NCBI GenBank assembly: GCA_964361405.1
Contig: CAYIAA010000001.1
Location: 20,917 to 84,916 of the forward strand
DNA length: 64,000 bases
Direction of reading: 5' to 3'
Source of the DNA: an uncultured Candidatus Saccharibacteria bacterium
GTDB lineage: Bacteria > Patescibacteriota > Minisyncoccia > Phycocordibacterales > UBA3531
Under the pieces are notes generated by a model. The model searched no databases. It saw nothing but the letters and a program-made list of their open reading frames with translations, and was not told the DNA's origin. The translations under genes were made by a program, and so were the position numbers. Shown here piece after piece: positions 44,979 through 54,530 of the stretch. Position 1 is the first letter of the stretch. Each line of letters opens with the position of its first letter.

Positions 44979-45736
44979 ATTGGATTGGACTGTATACGCT
45001 TATTCGGCGGGATGTCGAGCGAATGTTTCGTGTTACAGGACAGACCTTGGTAACGCCCTGGATTTCTTCACTCCTTTATATTTTTATCTTCGGAAAAGTC
45101 GTGGGGAGCCGTATTGATCTCATTGCCGGAGTTCCGTATATCAATTTCGTCTTACCGGGTATTCTCATGATGAACGTTATCGCTTCGGCTTTCGCTCACA
45201 GCTCAAGCTCGGTATACTTCCAGCGGTTTCTTCGGACAATCGACGAGATACTTGTTGCTCCACTTTCTCATCTCGAAATGATTGCAGGATTTGCTGTAGG
45301 AGCCATCATTCGTGGACTCGTTGTTGGCGGTGGAATTTACGTCATCGCCATTTTCTTCGGCGGGGCTGGCATTGACCATATCGGGCTTTTTGTCTTCTAT
45401 ACGGTTGCCGTTTCCACCATCTTCGCCCTCTTAGGAATCCTTGTCGGTCTCTGGGCGAACGGCTTTGAGCAGTTAAATATTTTGAGCACTTTCGTTATTA
45501 TGCCTTTATCGTTTCTGGGTGGTGTTTTCTACTCCGTCACCATGCTCCCAGCAAAGGCACAACTTATTGCCTATTGGAACCCTTTCTTTTACTTTATCGA
45601 CGGCATTCGCTACGCAATGATTGGCACCAGAGAATCAAACGGAGTTTTTGGGTATGTGATGATTTTTAGCCTTGTGACGGTTTTGGGCGTTTTGGTCCAC
45701 GAGCTTTTTCGCCGTGGTTGGCGCTTGCGCGGGTAA
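44972..45736 (+). CDS. ABC-2 family transporter permease
   Basis: 254 aa; six predicted TM helices; overlaps the upstream ATPase gene by 7 nt. Confidence 0.6.
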   Translation: MVNWIGLYTLIRRDVERMFRVTGQTLVTPWISSLLYIFIFGKVVGSRIDLIAGVPYINFVLPGILMMNVIASAFAHSSSSVYFQRFLRTIDEILVAPLSHLEMIAGFAVGAIIRGLVVGGGIYVIAIFFGGAGIDHIGLFVFYTVAVSTIFALLGILVGLWANGFEQLNILSTFVIMPLSFLGGVFYSVTMLPAKAQLIAYWNPFFYFIDGIRYAMIGTRESNGVFGYVMIFSLVTVLGVLVHELFRRGWRLRG

Positions 45737-45888
45737 GGGAATTCCTACCTAAGAGGCGTCTTGCTTTTTAGATGGGTGAACTCAACTGAAAAGTACGTAA
45801 AAAACGGCTTAAAATAAAGCTTTTTTAAGCCTTGCAATCAGGGGTGGGGTAGGGTAGTATCCTCTCCGCTTGCTTAGTTAGGGTGTAC

Positions 45889-45917
45889 TTGACAAATTTT
45901 AGAGGATAAGGTAGAAT
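45889..45917 (+). promoter_or_regulatory. sigma70-type promoter (TTGACA-17-TAGAAT)
   Basis: Exact -35 hexamer, 17-nt spacer, near-consensus -10; a hairpin plus T-run (CAGCCG-GGAAA-CGGCTG-TTTTT, 45930..45951) lies immediately downstream. Confidence 0.45.
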
Positions 45918-46030
45918 AGTCTTATAAGCAGCCGGGAAACGGCTGTTTTTAATTTTAGGTTATCCAACTCCAGGCTGGTTAATCTTCCTTGAGTTGGTGG
46001 TCGCAAGTACCTCTAATAGCGAGCACAGCT

Positions 46031-46456
46031 ATGTTCATTAGAACGATTCTTGGAATACTCACCGCGGCGTCCCTCACCATTGCACCGCAGGGGTTTTCAA
46101 TCCCCGGGGTGCTTGTGGCTGTAGCGGAGGCTCCAGGGATGGAGGATATTCCAGAGTTCCTCGACCCATTCGTCGGTTACCCGACCTTAAAGCGTATCTG
46201 TTCGTGTGAGAGCAATCTGCGGCAATACGCTTCCGACGGAAAAACGGCGCTTCGGGGAATGGTGAATTCCTACGACATTGGGATTTGTCAGATCAACGAG
46301 ACATATCACCAAGGTGACGTTGAGAAACTCGGTGTTGATATTCACACCAAGGAAGGAAATATCGCCTTTGCGAAAAATCTCTACGACCGAAAAGGTGCCG
46401 CTCCGTGGATTTGGAGTAAACCTTGCTGGTCACGGGAAGATACTCCCGTTCAATAA
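46031..46456 (+). CDS. small secreted lysozyme-like/transglycosylase-like (Rpf/SLT-type) protein
   Basis: Start moved to MFIRTILG (signal peptide); CES...YDIGICQINETYH resembles the catalytic Glu-Ser and GLMQ-like motifs of transglycosylase-like domains. Confidence 0.4.
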   Translation: MFIRTILGILTAASLTIAPQGFSIPGVLVAVAEAPGMEDIPEFLDPFVGYPTLKRICSCESNLRQYASDGKTALRGMVNSYDIGICQINETYHQGDVEKLGVDIHTKEGNIAFAKNLYDRKGAAPWIWSKPCWSREDTPVQ

Positions 46457-46463
46457 AAATCAC

Positions 46464-46497
46464 AAAAGACCCCGCGGAGCGCGGGGTCTTTTGTTTT
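46464..46497. terminator. bidirectional intrinsic terminator
   Basis: AAAA-GACCCCGC-GGAGC-GCGGGGTC-TTTTGTTTT. Confidence 0.6.
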
Positions 46498-46526
46498 AAG
46501 TATATCAGTGGGTCTATAATGGCTCT

Positions 46527-47330
46527 ATGTCGGACGTCCAAGTGTTTCAGAGAAAAGTTTTCGCATACTATCGGAAACATGGACGGCATTTTCCATGGCG
46601 AGAGAGCTATGATCCTTATCGAATCTTTATCTCTGAAGTCATGCTTCAGCAGACGCAGGCAGACCGAGTGGTGAAAAAGTATGTCGAATTTTTGGAGATA
46701 TTTCCGACAGTTCATTCCCTTGCTTCTTCGTCTTTCAACCGCGTTATTCGTTCATGGCAAGGACTTGGATACAACCGAAGGGCACTTTACTTGAAACAAG
46801 CGGCCAAAGTGATTGTAGAAAAATACGAAGGACATATTCCTCGGGAGGAGATGAAACTCCGCGAGCTTCCTGGTGTCGGCCCTTATACCGCTGCTGCGGT
46901 ACCCACCTTTGCCTACAACATTCCGACCGTCTTCATTGAAACGAATATCCGAAGCGCTTTCATTCATCACTTTTTTTCTGCACGGAAAAAAGTAAAAGAC
47001 AGAGAAATAATACCCCTTATCAGAGATGCCCTTCCTCGCCGAAATCCGCGGGAGTGGTACCAAGCGCTCATGGATTACGGTGCTTATGTAAAGCGCATCC
47101 ATGGGAATCCGGGGCGGCGTAGTGCACACCATGTACGCCAATCATCCTTCCGAGGATCTAACCGCGAGATTCGCGGCGCTATCGTCCGGTTACTCGCAGA
47201 AAAAAAAATGCGGGAAACGGAACTCACAGAGCGCCTCACGGCCGATCGAGCGCGGGCGCGAGAGAATCTCTCACGGCTTAGAGAAGAAGGTATGATTAGG
47301 AAAAGATTTGGTATCTATGAAATTATTTAA
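46527..47330 (+). CDS. MutY/EndoIII-family HhH-GPD DNA glycosylase with a C-terminal winged-helix-like tail, no FeS-cluster cysteines
   Basis: 267 aa; FPWRESYDPYRIFISEVMLQQTQADRV and GLGYNRRALYLKQAA match the MutY N-terminal domain; the basic helical C-terminus (REIRGAIVRLLAEKKMRETELTERL) replaces the usual Cys4 loop and NUDIX domain. Confidence 0.6.
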   Translation: MSDVQVFQRKVFAYYRKHGRHFPWRESYDPYRIFISEVMLQQTQADRVVKKYVEFLEIFPTVHSLASSSFNRVIRSWQGLGYNRRALYLKQAAKVIVEKYEGHIPREEMKLRELPGVGPYTAAAVPTFAYNIPTVFIETNIRSAFIHHFFSARKKVKDREIIPLIRDALPRRNPREWYQALMDYGAYVKRIHGNPGRRSAHHVRQSSFRGSNREIRGAIVRLLAEKKMRETELTERLTADRARARENLSRLREEGMIRKRFGIYEII

Positions 47331-47432
47331 TACACTTTATACATGAAAGGAAAAAACTACTCAAAAATTGGAAAGAGAGAAGGTAAGCCGACATACCGGA
47401 CGGCTTCGGCATTCCGGTCGCGCAAACATTTC

Positions 47433-48713
47433 TCAACTACGAGACAGTCCCGACGAAGCGGGCTTCGATAGCGGATCGCAAACAGCGCACATACTCGGGG
47501 TTTTGCCGAAGAGTGTGGAAACGGCCGTTTGTAACGGGAGAATAGAGAGGTAATAGCGAATATCCGCAGTTTTGCGGAGTATCCATCCGGAGATTCCATA
47601 GAAGGAAAGCGGCCCAAATAAGGTGGCAGCCCAGTATGCCCCAACAGGGAGGGCGAGGTGGTTTTTTTGGGGAATATAGGATTTTAAGGGCATATTTCTT
47701 ACAAGACGCGCAATATTTTGCCCGATCGATCGTCCATCCACGATGGCGGTTTGCGCCATTCCGGCGAAAGGAGTTTCTGCTCCGTCTCCAGCGATAAAAA
47801 TGTTTTCTGTTCCTGCCGCGCGGAGGTAGGTATCGACTTTTACGCGCCCGTTTTTTTCAAGCGAAAGACCTTCAGTTTCCCGATACAGGCGGTTTGGTAT
47901 GAGCCCCGCCGTCCATATTACCGTTTCCGTTTTCATTGTCATTCCACGCACTTTGATGCCCTCCACCTCTTCGGCAAGAAGGGCGCGGTTCACGAAGATG
48001 TTGACGCCGAGCGACCGCAAGCGTGCGGAGATTCTTTCGGCAACTTTTTCGGGGAATGAGGGGAGGATGTGGGCCGCGGATTCGAGAAGATCTATGGTGA
48101 TGAGAGACCGGTCGACGCGGTAGCGGCCGGCGAATTCCTGCGCGCAGGCGGCGAGTTCGCCGGCAATCTCGACGCCGGAAGGGCCGGCGCCGACAATGAC
48201 GAAATGAAGCAGGCAGAGGGCCCTTTCCCCGCCGTCTTTTTGGAGCGCCGTTTCTGTTTCGGGTTGAAGCTTGTGGCAATCCGCGTAGAGACGCTCAATG
48301 TGACGGCGGAGAGCCACGGCCTCGGGGATAGTTTTGAATCCGTAGGAAAATTCTCTCAGGCCAGGAATATCAAAATAGGCGGTGTCGGTGCCGAGGGCGA
48401 GCACCAAAACATCGTATTCATGCACTGCGCCGGAGGAGCAGGCTACTTGCCCGCCCTTGATATCAATTTTTGTGACCGAATCGCAAACAGTTTGAACGGA
48501 ACTTTTCGAGAAAATATCGCTTAAAGGAATACAGACTTTTTTTGGAGAAGTGCCGGTGACGATGCGGTATGTGCCCGGCGTAAATTCGTGGTGGGGTTTA
48601 TCAGAAATAAGCGTGACGGAAACGTTCCGCGCACCGCTTCGCGCCAGCTTAAGCGCAGTCGCAACTCCACCGAAACCGGCGCCTAGTATGAGTATCCGTT
48701 TGTTCCCGCTCAT
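47433..48713 (-). CDS. ndh: type II NADH dehydrogenase / FAD-dependent pyridine nucleotide-disulfide oxidoreductase
   Basis: 426 aa; ILILGAGFGGV FAD loop; second dinucleotide fold VIVGAGPSGVE. Confidence 0.75.
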   Translation of the reverse strand: MSGNKRILILGAGFGGVATALKLARSGARNVSVTLISDKPHHEFTPGTYRIVTGTSPKKVCIPLSDIFSKSSVQTVCDSVTKIDIKGGQVACSSGAVHEYDVLVLALGTDTAYFDIPGLREFSYGFKTIPEAVALRRHIERLYADCHKLQPETETALQKDGGERALCLLHFVIVGAGPSGVEIAGELAACAQEFAGRYRVDRSLITIDLLESAAHILPSFPEKVAERISARLRSLGVNIFVNRALLAEEVEGIKVRGMTMKTETVIWTAGLIPNRLYRETEGLSLEKNGRVKVDTYLRAAGTENIFIAGDGAETPFAGMAQTAIVDGRSIGQNIARLVRNMPLKSYIPQKNHLALPVGAYWAATLFGPLSFYGISGWILRKTADIRYYLSILPLQTAVSTLFGKTPSMCAVCDPLSKPASSGLSRS

Positions 48714-48984
48714 TCTCTTTGGAGAAAAATGGCACTATAGCTATAGATGCCAGTTTTGATTTTATAGATGCGGAATAGGTGAAATTTATTTGTCGCAGAT
48801 ATCACGCTGGAAGTTTACCATGGAGCCGATTTTCCGGTGAACGTTTCTAGCGTATTGGGATTTATTTCAATAGCCGGTGGTTTTTTCGGGGGGTTAGTTG
48901 ATGTCCCGCACTACCGAGTTGACTCGACCTCGCGGCGTAGTTCGCAATATCCACTGCAGATGTTCGGCAAGAAACGAAACCCCG

Positions 48985-49611
48985 TCATCCTCGGTACTCG
49001 AGCGGGTGCTGGAAGATCAGATACTGCACGCCTGCGATTCCGCTCGCCTTTACCGCATCTGCGACCGAGCGGTGCACGATCACCGCGGCGACGTTCTCCG
49101 CGAGGCGGAAGAGCTTACGGTTTCCGATTTTGCTCGGATCGAGAACGAGCTTGTGGAACCAGGCACTAATCAGCATGTCGCCGCTAAGGGGCGAGCCCGT
49201 CATCGTGGAACCCACCATGTCCACTGCGCTCACGAGTCCGACGAAGTTGACCGCCTCGTGCGTTTTGAACTCGCGACCGGTACGAACCTCCCGAATCAGC
49301 GCCGGATACGAGTCGATGTTGTCCACGCCTGCGGACCGCAGAACTCCGGTGAGCTCGGTCGACATCAGCGGGGCGCCGAGCGCCCGGTAGTACGGGCGGA
49401 TCTCGCCTTCGTCAGGGGGATCGATCTCGTACACCAGCGGATTCGGGACAGCGATGTCGATGCGCGCGCCCGTCATCCAGTTGTCGTGCGTCGGGGGCAG
49501 GCGCGGCTGGGTGGAGATCCGAGCCCCCCCGCGGCCGATGCTCGACAGGAAGACATAGTAGTCGGTCTCCGGCAGCGGCTCGGAGTCGTCGTCTTCCCAC
49601 AATCCACTCAT
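48985..49611 (-). CDS. hypothetical protein on a high-GC insertion (possibly SUKH-1/SMI1-KNR4-like immunity protein)
   Basis: 208 aa; local GC about 63% against a ~48% background; the overlapping + strand ORF is Arg-rich antisense. N-terminal W...LPETDYYVFLSSIGRGG resembles the LPxDYxxFLxxxNGG signature of SMI1/KNR4 proteins; the family call is tentative. Confidence 0.45.
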   Translation of the reverse strand: MSGLWEDDDSEPLPETDYYVFLSSIGRGGARISTQPRLPPTHDNWMTGARIDIAVPNPLVYEIDPPDEGEIRPYYRALGAPLMSTELTGVLRSAGVDNIDSYPALIREVRTGREFKTHEAVNFVGLVSAVDMVGSTMTGSPLSGDMLISAWFHKLVLDPSKIGNRKLFRLAENVAAVIVHRSVADAVKASGIAGVQYLIFQHPLEYRG

Positions 49612-49795
49612 CGCTTCGTCTCCCTCGCTACTACGTTCGAGTCTCCGATCGTGACCAGCATCTCGACTAGGGTCAGCCCTCGGGCGTAGACCCTACGGGC
49701 GAGCCCTCGGGTGGTGGTGCTTGGTGAAGCTTCCATGCTCATAGTTTAATTGCTGAAGGGTTATTAATACAAGAGGGTGGCTTCCAAGCCGAGAA

Positions 49796-49804
49796 TGCTA
49801 TAAT
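49796..49804 (+). promoter_or_regulatory. extended -10 promoter element TGCTATAAT upstream of gatB
   Basis: TGnTATAAT; gatB ATG lies about 10 nt downstream, implying a very short or absent leader. Confidence 0.35.
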
Positions 49805-49813
49805 CCTTACACT

Positions 49814-51232
49814 ATGGAGTTTTTGCCGACAATCGGCCTCGAAATCCATGCCGAACTCAAGACCAAAACCAAGATGTTTTGCCCTTCGCCGAATAATTCT
49901 GATGAGAAGCGGCCGAATGTGAACATCTGCCCAATTTGTATGGGGCATCCAGGTACGCTTCCGACGATTAACAAAGAGGCAGTTATGCATGTCATTAGAG
50001 TTGGGAAGGCGATCGGGGGCGATATCGCCGACTTTACGGAGTTTGAGCGCAAACACTATTTTTACCCCGACATTCCGAAGGGGTATCAAATTAGCCAGTT
50101 TCGGTACCCTATCGTATTTGGCGGGAGCTTAAACGGTATTGCAATCACCCGCGTGCACCTCGAAGAAGATACAGCGCGCTCCATGCATGATGCAGACGAC
50201 GAATCGAGTCTTGTTGATTTTAACCGCGCCGGAATCCCCTTGATGGAGCTTGTTACCGAACCAGTCATAAAAAGTGCTAAGGAAGCGGGGGATTTTGCCC
50301 GCGAGCTTCAGCTCACTATCCGCTATTTAGGGGTGTCTGAGGCGAATATGGAAAAAGGAGAAATGCGGGTTGAGGCAAACATTTCCATTGCTCCCGAGGG
50401 GTCACGTGGTACGAAAGTTGAAGTGAAAAATCTCAATTCGTTTCGAGTTGTCGAAAGGGCGATTGAATTCGAAATAAAGCGCCAGTCCGAAACGCTTCTC
50501 GGTGGAGGAAAAATTGTACAGGAGACACGTGGATGGAATGAAAAGACGGGAAAAACATTTTCACAGCGCTCAAAAGAAGAAAGTCATGATTACCGATATT
50601 TTCCGGAACCGGATCTTCCCCCCATGCGGCTTTCTCTCGTGCCGGAATTTCAGAATCTCGTATTGCCGGAACTGCCAAAAGAGAAGAGAGAAAGATATCG
50701 GAAGGATTATGGAATTAAAAACGAAGATATTGAAAGTTATATCGTGAACGTGCCGCTCGGTGGGTTTTTTGAAAGTGTCGCGCGAAGTCTCGGGGATGAT
50801 TCGGAAGCGATGAAACTCGGGTCAAACTATATAACATCGGACATCGTCGGCATTTTGAAAACTGAATCTCATGACATATCTGCCGAAAGAATCGGGAAAC
50901 TCGACGCGAGTGATTTTGCGGACATGGTTATGATGGCAAAAAAAGGAGAGGTATCGTCGCGCGGGATGAAGGATATTTTACCCGTCGTGATGCGCGAAGA
51001 AATGACAGCGCGCGAAATCGCACACAGAATGAATGTTTTTCAAAAGAGTGATGAAGGAGAACTCAAAAAAATTATTGAAAAAGTTATCAGTGAAAATGAA
51101 AAAGTTGCTGAAGAATATCGAGGTGGAAAGGAACAGTCGCTTCAATTTTTAGTCGGGCAGGCGATGAAAGAGTCCAAAGGAAGCGCGAATCCACAAGTCT
51201 TGGCCGAGCTTTTTCGCAAGGTGTTACAATAA
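49814..51232 (+). CDS. gatB: Asp-tRNA(Asn)/Glu-tRNA(Gln) amidotransferase subunit B
   Basis: 472 aa; N-terminus PTIGLEIHAELKTKTKMFC...NICPICMGHPGTLP is canonical GatB. Confidence 0.9.
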   Translation: MEFLPTIGLEIHAELKTKTKMFCPSPNNSDEKRPNVNICPICMGHPGTLPTINKEAVMHVIRVGKAIGGDIADFTEFERKHYFYPDIPKGYQISQFRYPIVFGGSLNGIAITRVHLEEDTARSMHDADDESSLVDFNRAGIPLMELVTEPVIKSAKEAGDFARELQLTIRYLGVSEANMEKGEMRVEANISIAPEGSRGTKVEVKNLNSFRVVERAIEFEIKRQSETLLGGGKIVQETRGWNEKTGKTFSQRSKEESHDYRYFPEPDLPPMRLSLVPEFQNLVLPELPKEKRERYRKDYGIKNEDIESYIVNVPLGGFFESVARSLGDDSEAMKLGSNYITSDIVGILKTESHDISAERIGKLDASDFADMVMMAKKGEVSSRGMKDILPVVMREEMTAREIAHRMNVFQKSDEGELKKIIEKVISENEKVAEEYRGGKEQSLQFLVGQAMKESKGSANPQVLAELFRKVLQ

Positions 51233-51238
51233 AAGGGC

Positions 51239-52264
51239 ATGAAACGGATTAAAGTCGCAATCAACGGACTTGGACGGATTGGGAGGGCTTTCCTTAAAAT
51301 CGGGGTTTTGCGCGATGAGCTTGAAATCGTCGCGGTTAACGACTTGGGTGACATCAATAATCTTGCCTATCTTTTGAAGTATGACAGTGCATACGGCAAG
51401 TCCGATTTGGATATCAAAGTCGAGGGTGGGGAGCTGGTTGTGAATGGCAATCGTATCAAGGTTTTAGGGGAGAAAGACCCCAGAGAGTTGCCGTGGAAAG
51501 ATCTCGGTGTTGAGGTCGTGGTTGAATCCACCGGATTTTTTGAGACTTATGAAAAGTCAAAAGCGCATTTGGATGCGGGCGCACAGCGCATCGTGATTTC
51601 CGCTCCGGCAAATGACGAACCACCGGAGGGTATTGTCGGCGGGACTATTCTCATGGGAATTAATGAGGGCGCGCTCGAAACTTGCCAGATAAGTTCGAAT
51701 GCGTCGTGTACAACAAACTCCGCAAGTCCTTTGATGCAGATTTTGAATGAAACAATTGGCATCGAGAAGGCGATTTTGAACACCGTGCACGGGTATACCG
51801 GTACCCAGAAACTTGTGGATTCTCCGGACACGAAGGACTGGCGACGCGGGAGAGCTGCGGCAGTAAATATTGTTCCTTCAACAACAGGAGCGGCGATTGC
51901 CCTTACCAAGGCCATGCCAGACCTTTTGGGAAAATTCGACGGTATTGCAATGCGTGTGCCTGTGCTCACGGGCTCAATAGCGGATATCACATTTATTGCA
52001 AAGCGTTCTACAACGGTGGATGAGGTAAACGACATTTTAAAAAAAGCCGCAGGGGAAGAACGATGGAAAGAGATATTTACAACAACTGACGAACAAATTG
52101 TTTCTTCGGATATCGTGGGGACTCCGTATGCCGCGATTGCAGATCTTTCATTCACAAAAGTTGTCGGGGGGAACCTGGTCAAAGTGCTATCGTGGTACGA
52201 CAATGAAATGGGGTATACCTACACGCTTGTTCAACACGTTATCAAGAGCGGATCGTATCTCTAA
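51239..52264 (+). CDS. gap: glyceraldehyde-3-phosphate dehydrogenase, type I
   Basis: 341 aa; INGLGRIGR NAD loop; active site ASCTTNS; WYDNE C-terminal block. Confidence 0.9.
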   Translation: MKRIKVAINGLGRIGRAFLKIGVLRDELEIVAVNDLGDINNLAYLLKYDSAYGKSDLDIKVEGGELVVNGNRIKVLGEKDPRELPWKDLGVEVVVESTGFFETYEKSKAHLDAGAQRIVISAPANDEPPEGIVGGTILMGINEGALETCQISSNASCTTNSASPLMQILNETIGIEKAILNTVHGYTGTQKLVDSPDTKDWRRGRAAAVNIVPSTTGAAIALTKAMPDLLGKFDGIAMRVPVLTGSIADITFIAKRSTTVDEVNDILKKAAGEERWKEIFTTTDEQIVSSDIVGTPYAAIADLSFTKVVGGNLVKVLSWYDNEMGYTYTLVQHVIKSGSYL

Positions 52265-52284
52265 TTTTGTAATTCTGTACTAGA

Positions 52285-52737
52285 ATGAAAATTTTCATTG
52301 CATCGGACCACGCAGGGTTTCTATTGAAGGGAAAACTGATAAAACTTCTCGGAGGGCTTGGGATGGAAGTCTTTGACAAAGGCCCATCCTCGCAGGACGA
52401 TACTGACGACTATCCCGATTTCATTGGGCCGGTCGCACGGGAGATTTCAGAGAATCCGAAGACCTTCCGCGGTATCGTGATCGGCGGCTCGGGGCAAGGC
52501 GAAGCAATGGTCGCAAATCGTTTTCCAGGAGTTCGCGCCGCAGTCTACTACGGGGGAAAAAATGATGTTGTCGCGCTCTCGCGAGAACACAATGACGCGA
52601 ATGTACTCGCCCTCGGCGCGCGCTTCGTCACCGAAGATGAAGCGCGCGACGCAGTGAAGCTCTGGCTCAAAACGCCCTTCAGTCAGGAAGAGCGGCACGT
52701 GAGGAGAATTGAAAAAATTGAAGTGATGACAAAATGA
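52285..52737 (+). CDS. rpiB: ribose-5-phosphate isomerase B (RpiB/LacAB family)
   Basis: 150 aa; [13 protein letters not shown]-terminus, [17 protein letters not shown]. Confidence 0.85.
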   Translation: MKIFIASDHAGFLLKGKLIKLLGGLGMEVFDKGPSSQDDTDDYPDFIGPVAREISENPKTFRGIVIGGSGQGEAMVANRFPGVRAAVYYGGKNDVVALSREHNDANVLALGARFVTEDEARDAVKLWLKTPFSQEERHVRRIEKIEVMTK

Positions 52738-53381
52738 TTATCATTCCCGCCGTTCTTGGGGCTAATGCGGCAGAAGTCAAAGAAAAACTTTCGAAAGTGG
52801 TTGGGCATACCGAATGGGTGCACATTGACGTTGTTGACGGAAAATTTGCCGAGCCGGAGTCGTGGCATGCGCCGCTTGATCTCTGGGAAATCATTGGGAT
52901 TCCCAAGGTGGAACTACATCTTATGGTTGCCGATCCCATAGCCGCGATTCCCGAGTGGGTGAATTCACCGATTGACCGCATACTTTTCCATATGGAATCA
53001 AATGGTGATAAAAGAGCGCTCATAGAAAAAATCAAAAAGTACAAAATGGAACCGGGACTGGTACTCAAATTAGAAACCGATATTGGCGCGGTAGACCCAT
53101 ATCTCCGCGAGGTGAATGTCATTCAACTCATGAGTATCGCCCAAATCGGTGCTTACGGCGCGCCTTTCGATGATCGTGTACTCGCTAAAGTAAAGGCACT
53201 CCGTCAAAAATGGCCCAATGGCACAATTGGAATTGACGGTGGGGTCAGCAAAGAAAATATCGGACAACTGCGCGATGTCGGCGTGACCCAATGCGCCGTT
53301 GGCTCGGCGGTATTTGGAGGAGAAGACATAGCGTCGGCAATTCAACACTTAGGAGGTGTGTCTATATCATCCAATGTCTAA
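52734..53381 (+). CDS. rpe: ribulose-phosphate 3-epimerase-like (TIM barrel)
   Basis: 215 aa; IIPAVLGAN...HIDVVDGKF metal-site pattern; lies in the pentose-phosphate gene run with rpiB and tkt. Confidence 0.7.
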   Translation: MIIIPAVLGANAAEVKEKLSKVVGHTEWVHIDVVDGKFAEPESWHAPLDLWEIIGIPKVELHLMVADPIAAIPEWVNSPIDRILFHMESNGDKRALIEKIKKYKMEPGLVLKLETDIGAVDPYLREVNVIQLMSIAQIGAYGAPFDDRVLAKVKALRQKWPNGTIGIDGGVSKENIGQLRDVGVTQCAVGSAVFGGEDIASAIQHLGGVSISSNV

Positions 53382-54273
53382 TCTCACCGATGAAAAAATA
53401 AAGGCGCTTGAAGTCAAAGCGAACGACATTCGCGAGACGCTCATTGAAGCCCTGATAGAGGCGGGGAGCGGGCACAGCGCCGGGTCGCTCGGGATGGCGG
53501 ATATTCTTACCCTCCTCTTTTTCCATGTCTTGAAACACGATCCGAAAAATCCTTCGTGGGAGGGGCGTGATCGCTTAGTGCTCTCAAACGGGCACATCTG
53601 CCCCGTGCTCTATTCGGCGATGGCGCATGCCGGGTATGCGAGCGTGGATGAATACAAAAAAACGCTCCGCAAATTCGGCACCAAGTTCCAGGGTCATCCA
53701 CACCGCGATTTTTTTCCTGCTCTTGAAACAAGCTCCGGACCCCTAGGGTCGGGTCTTTCGCAAGCCGTCGGGATGACACTCGCCGACCACATTGACTATG
53801 GTCGCACTAGCGGGAGATATTTCTACGTGCTTATGAGCGACGGCGAGCTCGATGCGGGAAATTCATGGGAAGCCGCGCTTCTCGCGGGGAAACATAAACT
53901 CCACAACTTAATTGCCATCATCGACCGGAACAATATCCAGATTGACGGCTACACAGAAGACATCATGCCGCTTGAGCCTCTTGCCGCGAAGTTCGAGGCA
54001 TTTAATTGGCATGTAATTGAAGCCGACGGACACGATTTCCGGGCAATGGACGAAGCGATTGGCGAGGCGCAAGCAGTATTTGAAAAACCGAGCGTTATTA
54101 TTGCGCACACGATTCCCGGAAAAGGAATCGAGTTTATGGAGCATCGTTTCGAATGGCATGGTGTGCCGCCCGGACAAGGACCAGAGAATATCGTGAAAAA
54201 GGGCGAGCAGGGGGTGGCTGCACTTGCCGCGCTTCGCACCTTGGGAGGGAAAATTAGAAGCGAGCACGAATAA
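53374..54273 (+). CDS. transketolase, N-terminal (TPP-binding) subunit of a split enzyme
   Basis: GSGHSAGSLGMADIL, HPHRDF and GPLGSG(L)SQAVG TPP-binding motifs; about 300 aa. Confidence 0.8.
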   Translation: MSNLTDEKIKALEVKANDIRETLIEALIEAGSGHSAGSLGMADILTLLFFHVLKHDPKNPSWEGRDRLVLSNGHICPVLYSAMAHAGYASVDEYKKTLRKFGTKFQGHPHRDFFPALETSSGPLGSGLSQAVGMTLADHIDYGRTSGRYFYVLMSDGELDAGNSWEAALLAGKHKLHNLIAIIDRNNIQIDGYTEDIMPLEPLAAKFEAFNWHVIEADGHDFRAMDEAIGEAQAVFEKPSVIIAHTIPGKGIEFMEHRFEWHGVPPGQGPENIVKKGEQGVAALAALRTLGGKIRSEHE

Positions 54274-54530
54274 TCCTCGTGTATCTTACACTTACCACTT
54301 GGAAGCTTCGCTTCCAAGTGCGGGTTTTGTACCAAGAAACCAGAACTCTATGCCAGAGCATATTAAAGTATTTTACCGGGAACTATTGACATAGCTATTC
54401 TAAAGATGTAAGCTATAAAAAGCAGTTCTTTTGAACAGAATAAGAATCAGAGGTTTGTTACAGCAGAAAGCATCCGGCAAGGATTTTTTCTGCTGTTACG
54501 AACCCATACCGGGCAAGTTTAAACGGCGCC

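Noticed and set aside
45841-45857. G-run cluster GGGGTGGGGTAGGGTAG (possible G-quadruplex)
   Set aside because: It has only three runs of three or more G, so it does not meet the four-tract requirement.
48898-49689. 263-aa + strand ORF (Arg-rich, MMSRTTELTRPRGVVRN...)
   Set aside because: It lies antisense to the high-GC minus-strand gene. Its composition (runs of R/A/G/P, no motifs) is typical of a spurious open frame in GC-rich DNA.
51547-52203. 218-aa minus-strand ORF inside gap
   Set aside because: It is antisense to GAPDH, which has a canonical active site.
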